Origin: an uncultured Acidobacteriota bacterium
Lineage (GTDB): Bacteria > Acidobacteriota > Thermoanaerobaculia > Gp7-AA8 > JAHWKK01
Length of the DNA stretch: 64,000 nt
Direction of reading: 5' to 3'
Assembly (NCBI GenBank): GCA_963829355.1
Contig: CAWHHZ010000020.1
Coordinates: 4,278 to 68,277, forward strand
In this document: piece after piece, positions 57,359 through 64,000 of the stretch
Position numbering within the stretch: the first letter of the stretch is position 1
Layout: each line of letters opens with the position of its first letter
The notes under the pieces: model-generated
What the model was told of the DNA's origin: nothing
What the model saw: only the letters and a program-made list of their open reading frames with translations
Database searches by the model: none
Translations under genes and position numbers: made by a program

Positions 57359-58396
57359 TCACAGCTTTATCCGGCGTATCCTCACACCTGATGAGTCAGA
57401 CTGGACAACCGTGAAGTCGATGATACCGATCGTCTTCCCCTCTTCCGACTCGGCGCGTACTCGCCATCTGCCGGGGGCGGCATTGGCCTTCGAAGAATAT
57501 CCGCGATACCCATCGGCCCGGCCACTTCGAATCGTGAAAGGAATCACGTCCGAGGTGATCCATTTGCCGGCGACTTCATCCCGTTTCTGCCATCGGTGCC
57601 GGACCGTGGTCTCGAGTCCACCGGGAATGAAGATCGACGAGAAGCAGAAGACCGGCTCCGAGTCCCGCCGGTGGAACACGGGTGAAGAGCGAAGCCAGAA
57701 CCGTCGCGGCCGGGACGGCTCGATCTGCGCGGTGTAGTGGCCGTCTCGCTTCTCGACATGATGGGCGATGAAAAGCTCCTTTTTAACCAGCGGGACCGGA
57801 GGAAGAATGTTGGCGACATTGAGAATCAGGAGTACCGCACCGACCGCGAAGGATGGAAGGACCGATGCCTTCTTCTTAGACAGAAGCCACAGGCCCAGCG
57901 TCGCCCCGAGCGCGGCACCGATGCTCACATAGAACCACGTCGGCTGCATGCTGCGGAAAGCATGGGGCAGTGCGAAGTTGAAGAACATGATTCCGCAGGT
58001 CGTAAACAGCGTCCAGGAGAGCGTGAGCCGTGAGTAGCGGTGTTCGACAAACTCGTTCCCGATCAGAAGGACGGTCAGCCCCAGCACGAGAATGAACCCA
58101 CCGATCTCACTGGAGCTGAGAAAATAGAAAATTACGAGAGCACTGAAGATCCCTCCGAAGAAAAACTGGAGCGCGACGTTCTGATAGCCCTTCCACCGGT
58201 GCTCGATCTCTCGACCGACGACGAGGAGAATGGTCGCGGCGATGAGGTAGTAAACCGTGAGGACCACGAAATCGATCGGGACGATCCGGCGGCCCAGTGT
58301 GAAGGCGTCGAAAACGAATCCTCCGAAAAACGATATTGCGGGAAGGGTCCGGGCAAGACGAGGATACCGCGGGCTCAGTTCGTCCGGGTTCAGCAT
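57359..58396 (-). CDS. Polytopic membrane protein with a DUF2914-like C-terminal domain, paralog 2
   Basis: 345 aa, collinear with 22239..23276. About 25 substitutions by my manual alignment. Confidence 0.6.
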   Translation of the reverse strand: MLNPDELSPRYPRLARTLPAISFFGGFVFDAFTLGRRIVPIDFVVLTVYYLIAATILLVVGREIEHRWKGYQNVALQFFFGGIFSALVIFYFLSSSEIGGFILVLGLTVLLIGNEFVEHRYSRLTLSWTLFTTCGIMFFNFALPHAFRSMQPTWFYVSIGAALGATLGLWLLSKKKASVLPSFAVGAVLLILNVANILPPVPLVKKELFIAHHVEKRDGHYTAQIEPSRPRRFWLRSSPVFHRRDSEPVFCFSSIFIPGGLETTVRHRWQKRDEVAGKWITSDVIPFTIRSGRADGYRGYSSKANAAPGRWRVRAESEEGKTIGIIDFTVVQSDSSGVRIRRIKL

Positions 58397-58491
58397 TCAG
58401 GGCCCCGATTGTAACCGGGAAGCCGAGCCATCGTCCGGGAGCGTTCTGGCCCCAACTTAAAATCGTCCCGGAGCGGTAAGCGCTTTGTGAA

Positions 58492-58527
58492 GTAAAGTTT
58501 AGTTTGGAGGTCCGGCCCCAACTTAAC
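58492..58527 (+). repeat. T-hairpin
   Basis: GTAAAGTTTAG-TTTGGAGGTCCGGC-CCCAACTTAAC. A loop-plus-arm fragment (TTCTGGCCCCAACTTAAAA) lies at 58445-58464. Confidence 0.7.
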
Positions 58528-58529
58528 AG

Positions 58530-58776
58530 CGGGAGATGGCGAAGCTCGTCAATCGTTACCCCGCGCTTGCTGGGCGCCGGCAAAGGCCGGAACGCCGCCG
58601 ATCCATGGGTCATCGCCCTGGCGAAAATCGATAGACGCGACGTCGTGACCTACGAGACCCGCTCGACGAAAATCGAGAAACCAAAGATCCCAGATGTCTG
58701 CGACGCCGAAGGAATCGAGACCATCGATTTGATTGAGGTCGTCCCCCGCGAAGGCTGGAGCTTCCGGTCGGGGTGA
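58530..58776 (+). pseudogene. C-terminal fragment of a DUF4411 (PIN-like) gene
   Basis: ...AADPWVIALAKIDRRDVVTYETRSTKIEKPKIPDVCDAEGIETIDLIEV. It begins directly after the T-hairpin with no plausible N-terminus. Confidence 0.5.
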
Positions 58777-58802
58777 GATGTGCGGATCCGAAGACCACCG
58801 CC

Positions 58803-58840
58803 TCGAAAACTTACCTTTCTAGCTCCGACGTTAAGTTTCC
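58803..58840 (+). repeat. T' hairpin
   Basis: TCGAAAACTTACC-TTTCTAGCTCCGAC-GTTAAGTTTCC. Confidence 0.75.
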
Positions 58841-58843
58841 TTG

Positions 58844-58969
58844 ATCTCCGAGTATCTGGGCATCTCCCAGCCCGCCGTTTCCCAGATGCTGGAGACGGCC
58901 AGGGCACTCCAGCGAAAGGACGAGAAGTTCGGTCGAGCGGTTGAAGGCATCCGAAAACTTATAATTTGA
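58844..58969 (+). pseudogene. C-terminal remnant of the HTH gene family, ending in T''
   Basis: ISEYLGISQPAVSQMLETARALQRKDEKFGRAVEGIRKLII-stop. It starts right after T' and stops inside T''. Confidence 0.55.
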
Positions 58970-58989
58970 GCTTTGAGGTTAAGTTTTCC
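58952..58989 (+). repeat. T'' hairpin variant
   Basis: CGAAAACTTATA-ATTTGAGCTTTGAG-GTTAAGTTTTCC. Confidence 0.7.
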
Positions 58990-59120
58990 CCTCGCTGCAT
59001 CGCCCTCGGTCGTCGTCACGGCTGCAAAAACGAAAGGCAAAAGACAAAGACGCACCTAGGAAAATACAAAGGCAAAAGCAACTACAGATCTACCCTACTT
59101 GACAGGGTCACTCCATATCA

Positions 59121-59198
59121 GCCGGTGGTGGCGCCGGAGGCGCAACCACCGGCTCAAGGCCCCCACCCGACCACGCAGCACCCCGGCAGGGGCGCCGG
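59121..59198 (+). repeat. Partial, decayed H element (hairpins 2 and 3 only)
   Basis: CCGGTGGTgGCGCCggaGGCGCaACCACCGG ... GCACCCCggcaGGGGCGC, with one stem mismatch. Partial Y tails follow near 59240-59290 and 59345-59385. Confidence 0.6.
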
Positions 59199-59423
59199 AC
59201 TACGGACGCCGCCAAGTCGGGTTCGAGTCCTCACCCCGCGGCATGTACGTCTCGTAGATCAACCAAAAACAAAAGACCTGGCACTGAGGTCGGCTTTTCG
59301 GTCAACTGCTGACATCCGCAGAAGTCGGGTCAGGAAAAGGCCAGAATTCTACTCGTTAGACTCTGTCGCAAAATCGAAGACCTGACCTGCGTTTGCACGT
59401 AGCTTCGGAAGGGGCTGCACGGG

Positions 59424-59534
59424 TCATTCTCTCGGCCTGCTCGTGATACGCCTAATCAAAAGGTACAGTCCTGTTCCGACGACCGTGAAAATACTCAGAA
59501 TGATCAGCAGCTCACCAAACCCGATACCGGGCAT
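59424..59534 (-). CDS. Small single-TM peptide (36 aa)
   Basis: My own translation gives MPGIGFGELLIILSIFTVVGTGLYLLIRRITSRPRE. AAAGGTGA lies 5 nt upstream, and the start is 15 nt after the stop of the Cys-rich ORF. Confidence 0.4.
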   Translation of the reverse strand: MPGIGFGELLIILSIFTVVGTGLYLLIRRITSRPRE

Positions 59535-59548
59535 ATATCACCTTTATC

Positions 59549-60013
59549 CTACGCTCCACACGCTTCGCCGGAGATCCCTCCCATGCAGAAATAATCGCCA
59601 GCGCCGCACAAAGCATCACACATCCCGTGCTCGCAACATCCGGTGCAGTACCGGTTCCAGCATTTGAGGTTGACATTGTTTTTCGCATCATAGCAAACCT
59701 TGCTTCTGGTGGATGCGATGATGGCGTCACTACGGTACCAGCCTCCGGTGCAGGATGCCCCAGGATTCCAGTCGCCACCATCCGGCCAGTCCTGAACAAG
59801 CTGCACCGTTATGATCGGGCTTATTACCACTGATCCATCGCCGATTCGCCGATCCGATTGAGATTCAACCGGCCCGCGAGAGTCTTCAACTACTCCACTA
59901 CTCTCCAAGTCGCCCAGGATCGCGCCCAACAATTGTACGATCGAGTCATACTGGTCGAAAAGGTATTCTGCTCCTGATTTTCTCCACTCCATCGTACTCT
60001 GGTCGAAATCCAT
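59549..60013 (-). CDS. Cys-rich protein (10 Cys in the last ~50 aa)
   Basis: C-terminus CYDAKNNVNLKCWNRYCTGCCEHGMCDALCGAGDYFCMGGISGEACGA. It overlaps the upstream ORF by 68 nt, so a frameshifted single gene is possible. Confidence 0.45.
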   Translation of the reverse strand: MDFDQSTMEWRKSGAEYLFDQYDSIVQLLGAILGDLESSGVVEDSRGPVESQSDRRIGDGSVVISPIITVQLVQDWPDGGDWNPGASCTGGWYRSDAIIASTRSKVCYDAKNNVNLKCWNRYCTGCCEHGMCDALCGAGDYFCMGGISGEACGA

Positions 60014-60335
60014 GCGCGCCTTCGCGTTCAGGGACTGAATTTCGATTGAAGGCGCCGACGCATCCCACTTCAGAAGAAGCTTTCGGGTTGGAAGTCGCCA
60101 GGTCCTCGTAGTGAATGAGCGAGACCCTCGGCGCTTTTTTGATGATCTTCATTTGTCCCACGGGCTCGCCCTCGCCATTCAGCAGCCGCACCTCGGTGAC
60201 TTTGTCGCTTAATATTAGAAAGTCGTAGGCGATGATTCCTTTTGAAATCACGTCTGGTGAGGGGCGTTTTGTTTCAGCCTGTAGACCGGTTGCAACGAGG
60301 ACGGTCAGGCACAGCAGCAGTAGCTTTTTTTTCAT
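59946..60335 (-). CDS. Secreted hypothetical protein
   Basis: AAGGAG then MKKKLLLLCLTVLVATGLQA signal peptide. ATGA overlap with the upstream AraC-like gene. Confidence 0.5.
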   Translation of the reverse strand: MKKKLLLLCLTVLVATGLQAETKRPSPDVISKGIIAYDFLILSDKVTEVRLLNGEGEPVGQMKIIKKAPRVSLIHYEDLATSNPKASSEVGCVGAFNRNSVPEREGAHGFRPEYDGVEKIRSRIPFRPV

Positions 60336-60772
60336 GATACGGCTCCTTTTCTCGTATAGCTGCAAAGATGCGTGAATTCTAGAGGCCGGGGCGTTAGGAA
60401 CTCTACTGACATTTTCGGGCAACTCTCGCACGGCAGCAGAAGAGGGGACCCACGGTTTGTTGATCTGAAGAACGAGGGAGGCTGCCCGGTCACAATTGCG
60501 AAGGAGCGATAGAGCTGACGTTCGGTGCCATAGCCGCAGAGGGTTGCGATTTCTCCGATCGGCATAGTGGTGCCTCGAAGGAGGCGAATGGACCGGCGAA
60601 CTTGCTCGAGCTGCATTGCTTTCTTAAGCGACATTCCCGCTGATCGAGCTTTTCGCCGAACGGTCCACACGCTCCCAGGCAGCCGATCTGCCAGCTCTTC
60701 AACCCGTGCTGGCGTCCTCGCGGTTGCGCAGTAGTCCAGGTAGTGAATCACTTCCGGAAATAACTCTTCCAT
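60332..60772 (-). CDS. AraC-type HTH domain protein
   Basis: ...LEQVRRSIRLLRGTTMPIGEIATLCGYGTERQLYRSFAIVTGQPPSFF matches an HTH_18/AraC C-terminal domain. Confidence 0.6.
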   Translation of the reverse strand: MEELFPEVIHYLDYCATARTPARVEELADRLPGSVWTVRRKARSAGMSLKKAMQLEQVRRSIRLLRGTTMPIGEIATLCGYGTERQLYRSFAIVTGQPPSFFRSTNRGSPLLLPCESCPKMSVEFLTPRPLEFTHLCSYTRKGAVS

Positions 60773-60864
60773 ATAAGAAGAGTTGCGCGAGCGGCCAAAT
60801 CCTTATCATCACGTCGAAAACTTTTTTGGATTCTCCAATTTCCCAAGGCTGGCGTTCCCGAAGG

Positions 60865-63800
60865 TCATCGCGCTGCCTTCCACTGTTTCGGCTCTCCGAA
60901 GCTGATGAGGAGGCCGAGGGATTCTAGGGAGTCGAGGGTTTCGGTTAGTTGGTCGGGGCGGGCTCGGCGGAAGCGTTTGGTCAGGGTCGGGAGGTCTAGG
61001 GGGGTGTGGTCGGTGAATTCGTCGCGGACGGCGGTGAGGCGGCTGGGGAAGTCCTTGGGCCAGGGCTTCTTTGCGGCTTTGACTGCTGGCGTGTCTTTCC
61101 CGGCTCCTGGCTCCTGGCTCTCGACTCCTGCAAGAGCTTCCTGGGTGGCGGCTCGGGTGCCTTCGGGGTTCTGGAACTCGGGGCGGAGCCAGCGGATGAG
61201 GCCGCGGCTCTCTTCCTCGGCGCGCTCGGCGTTGAGGGCGACGAGGCGCTCGAGGATCTGCTCGTCGGTCAGGTCGTGCGGCCAGCCGTACGCGTCGAAG
61301 ACCGCCGCGTCGAGCTCGTCGTGGATCTGCCTGAGCACCGACACGAGCCCCTTCTCGTGAATCTCTTTGTCCTTCTCGGTCAGCTCCTCGCCGGAGCGGA
61401 GCTTTTCGAGGACGTTGTACATACCGGTGATGGTGAGGTCCTCAAACAGATCAGTCCGTTCTCTTCGGTGACTGTCTAGAGCTTCAGCAAGCCGCCGGAT
61501 CGCCTCGACCGGGGCGTCGGGGAGTGGAAATGGGAATGGATCGAAGCAGCGGGTTTTCGTGTATCGCGGATCATTGCCGACTCCCAACCGGCCTCCTGCT
61601 GCGAGAGCCCACACGAGATGAATCCGGCTTGACATCACACCTAGGAAAAAGGCGTCGTCGAGGCCCACGTTAACCAACATGTTGTCGGGCAGAATGCTGT
61701 GATCGAGAAAGAAAAAGCACCGATGCTTCGAAGTCTCTGGGGTTGAAATGTATCGAGACAGTCCTCGAAGTGCCGCGCGCAGCTCAGTATTTCGACGTCC
61801 AAACAACCACCAATTGTCACGCCGGTACTTCTCGGCATTGAGGTCGCGTTCCGGCTTCACTCGCTCGAGAATCCTTTGATACACCTCAGGGAAAGAAGCT
61901 TGTACCTCGCCGGATGACAACCCTTCTAGGTCGATGACCATTACGTCGCGAGAAGTCTGCACAAGGTCCTTCCCGTGTCGGTAGTGGCGAATATGATTTT
62001 CCAGTCCCTCAATCCGACCTAGACCCAGGCGCTTGGCTTCATCCTGGGTTACGATGAAGCCCTTTCCATGCAGCTTAACGCCTGGAGAGCAGAGGTTTTC
62101 ATTTGCCTTGAGCGAAACTGTGGAGGCGACGTCCGCACCTATCGTCAAGTCTGGATAGATGAGACCCTGCCGCTTCGAAAGTACGACCTCCAGGTGGTTC
62201 TCATCATGGTCCTGCTCTTGAGAGACTTCTTGAAGAGAACCTTCTCGCTCTCCCCGCACCCCCACGGTCATCGCGATCCTCACGTCCGCGCCGTCAACCG
62301 AGTCAACCCAGGGATGGTCCGGGATAGCGAAGAGAAGCGAGAGCGGAGGTTTGGCAGCAAGGTGCATCTCCGCGACGCGGCGAGCAAACTTCTGAGAGAA
62401 GCTGTTGGTGGTGATGAGACCGAAACGTGCCGCCCCCTCCAATCGCACCAGTTCGGCCGCGCGATGCCACCAGTACATCACGTAGTCGATATTCTCAGGC
62501 AGCTCGGAATAGGTTTCCCTTAGCGCTTGAACGTAACCCTGTCCCAGTGCGGTTCGCATTCGCCAATTGCCAACAAACGGCGGATTCCCCACGATGAACT
62601 CCGCCTCCGGCCACTCAGCCTTTCGGGGGTTCACGTATCTGTACACCGGCGTCCTCGCGCTCTCATCAGGGATCTCTTCGCCGGTGACGGGACTGAGCTT
62701 CATGGTCTCGCCGTCCCAGCGGGTGACGGGGTTGCTGTTGTCGTCGAGGAGGGGCTCGATGGTGTCGTAGGCGAGGACGGCGTCGCGGCACTCGATGTTG
62801 TGGTAGTCGCGGAGGATCGGCTCCTGGGGGTTGGTCTTCCAGCCGCGGGTCCGGATCTGCCACTGGAGCCAGCCGATCCAGAGCACGAGCTCGGCGATCT
62901 CTTTCGCCCACGGCTTGATCTCGATCCCGAGAAACTGCTCGGGCGTCACCATCCGTCCGTGCTGGAGGAAGAGCGCTTCATCGCCGAGGTCGTGGAGGAG
63001 ATCGAGGATCTCGTTCTCGAGTCGCTTGAAGAGGTCGAGCGCGACGAAAAGGAAGTTGCCGGAGCCGCACGCCGGGTCGAGCACGCGCAGGTTGCACAGC
63101 TTGTCGAAGAAGGCGTACACCGGCTTCCGCGCCTCGACCATCGCCTTCCGGTCGTCGTCCGCCTTCCCCTTCTCGATGATGTTCCGCACCTCTGCCTGGA
63201 CGAGATCCCACTCCTCGCGGAGCGGCTCCTCGATCGTCGGTCCGACGAGGCGCTCGACGTACGCGCGGGGTGTGTAGTGCGCACCGAGGCGATGGCGTTC
63301 CTTCGGATCGAGCGCGCGCTCGAGCAGCGTCCCGAAGATCGCCGGCTCCACCTCGGACCAGTCGGCCTCGGCAGCCTCCAGCAGAACCGCGATCTCTTTG
63401 TCCCGGAGCGGGAGCGCGGTGCAGTCGGCGAAGAGGCCACCGTTGAACTTCCACACGTGGCCGACGCCGTAGAGCGTGCCGCCGGCATCCATCGTCTTCC
63501 ACAGATGCTCGAGCTCCGGCACGAACTGCCGCGGATCGTCGTACCACCGCTCGAGTCCCTTCCTGAATGAGTCGTCCGGAAGCAGCTCGACGTCCTCGGC
63601 GAACATGGTGAAGAGACAGCGCATCAGGAACTTTGCGACGAGCTCCGAGTCGTGCCCGGTCTCCTCGAGTGTGCGTGCGAGACGGGCGACGTGACTCGCG
63701 ATGTTCCGCGTGACGCGCGCCGCTTCCTTCGATGGGTCGAGCGCGTGCGGATCGGTGAAGATCGTCCGGAACAGGTTCGCGTGTGTCTCGAGGCTCTGGA

Positions 63801-64000
63801 GATAGAAACGCGAGTCGGTCGCGCGCGGGAAGGGGCGGTAGTCGCCGCTGCCGTCGAACGATGCGTAGAGGTCGAAGCAGTAGCCGATGTCGGTGACGAT
63901 CAGGAACGGTGGCGGCTCGTCGAGGGTTCGGGCGTACCCGAGCGCCTGCCCGTACGCCACCCGCATGGCGATGTTCCATGCGGGGGTGTTGCGGCGCGCG
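60865..64000 (-). CDS. MmeI-like type IIL/IIG restriction-modification enzyme; N-terminus runs off the window
   Basis: N-terminal PPFLIVTDIGYCFDLY and LMRCLFTMFAEDVELLP (MmeI-type nuclease/helical region). SAM motif VLDPACGSGNFL. Catalytic GNPPFVG. The frame stays open upstream of the listed ATG to position 64000. Confidence 0.7.
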   Translation of the reverse strand, partial: ARRNTPAWNIAMRVAYGQALGYARTLDEPPPFLIVTDIGYCFDLYASFDGSGDYRPFPRATDSRFYLQSLETHANLFRTIFTDPHALDPSKEAARVTRNIASHVARLARTLEETGHDSELVAKFLMRCLFTMFAEDVELLPDDSFRKGLERWYDDPRQFVPELEHLWKTMDAGGTLYGVGHVWKFNGGLFADCTALPLRDKEIAVLLEAAEADWSEVEPAIFGTLLERALDPKERHRLGAHYTPRAYVERLVGPTIEEPLREEWDLVQAEVRNIIEKGKADDDRKAMVEARKPVYAFFDKLCNLRVLDPACGSGNFLFVALDLFKRLENEILDLLHDLGDEALFLQHGRMVTPEQFLGIEIKPWAKEIAELVLWIGWLQWQIRTRGWKTNPQEPILRDYHNIECRDAVLAYDTIEPLLDDNSNPVTRWDGETMKLSPVTGEEIPDESARTPVYRYVNPRKAEWPEAEFIVGNPPFVGNWRMRTALGQGYVQALRETYSELPENIDYVMYWWHRAAELVRLEGAARFGLITTNSFSQKFARRVAEMHLAAKPPLSLLFAIPDHPWVDSVDGADVRIAMTVGVRGEREGSLQEVSQEQDHDENHLEVVLSKRQGLIYPDLTIGADVASTVSLKANENLCSPGVKLHGKGFIVTQDEAKRLGLGRIEGLENHIRHYRHGKDLVQTSRDVMVIDLEGLSSGEVQASFPEVYQRILERVKPERDLNAEKYRRDNWWLFGRRNTELRAALRGLSRYISTPETSKHRCFFFLDHSILPDNMLVNVGLDDAFFLGVMSSRIHLVWALAAGGRLGVGNDPRYTKTRCFDPFPFPLPDAPVEAIRRLAEALDSHRRERTDLFEDLTITGMYNVLEKLRSGEELTEKDKEIHEKGLVSVLRQIHDELDAAVFDAYGWPHDLTDEQILERLVALNAERAEEESRGLIRWLRPEFQNPEGTRAATQEALAGVESQEPGAGKDTPAVKAAKKPWPKDFPSRLTAVRDEFTDHTPLDLPTLTKRFRRARPDQLTETLDSLESLGLLISFGEPKQWKAAR

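Noticed and set aside
59205-59245. tRNA or tRNA 3' fragment (GGTTCGAGTCC at 59220-59230) as an island attachment site
   Set aside because: The T-stem pairs poorly (TCGGG vs CCTCA). There is no matching acceptor 5' strand or anticodon arm upstream, and no CCA context. It is probably a chance match inside a decayed repeat.
32224-59390. Calling the region a canonical integron cassette array with attC sites
   Set aside because: No intI, attI or Pc is visible in the window. T' arms fit RYYYAAC/GTTRRRY, but the hairpin is only ~40 nt with no L boxes or typical extrahelical-base layout. The other repeat families have no attC resemblance. The region is therefore reported only as integron-like.

Overview
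High-GC bacterial chromosomal window, taxon not identified. The left third (1-22 kb) is mostly ordinary: a CaCA antiporter, hemerythrin, Usp, an Fnr-like regulator, an ArnT-like GT39 plus PAP2 pair, a CHRD-like secreted protein, an ECF sigma with a Ser/Thr kinase, a roughly 2050-aa cadherin/beta-helix surface protein and a PAS-GGDEF protein. At 26.2-32.2 kb lies a six-gene molybdopterin oxidoreductase operon. The most interesting part is roughly 32.2-59.4 kb, with an outpost at 23.3-23.8 kb. It is an accessory array of short modules: DUF433/DUF5615 twice, UPF0175/DUF3368 twice (identical copies), RelE-like, HigB with an ImmA-fused partner, ParS/RES, AbiEi/AbiEii, TcmP/DUF5131, and an unknown three-gene operon. 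These modules are separated by several families of structured repeats that all point the same way regardless of gene orientation. I named the families T-hairpins (subtypes T, T', T''), H triple hairpin, about-20-nt tandem units, Y element and Z element. Many genes are truncated exactly at repeat edges. No integrase or transposase is visible in the window. The layout is integron- or CALIN-like, but the repeats are not canonical attC sites. A REP/RAYT or IS200/IS605-PATE-like origin is an alternative. The right end carries a lower-GC Cys-rich secreted module and a partial MmeI-like type IIL restriction-modification gene. All family names come from motif recognition by eye. No searches were run.
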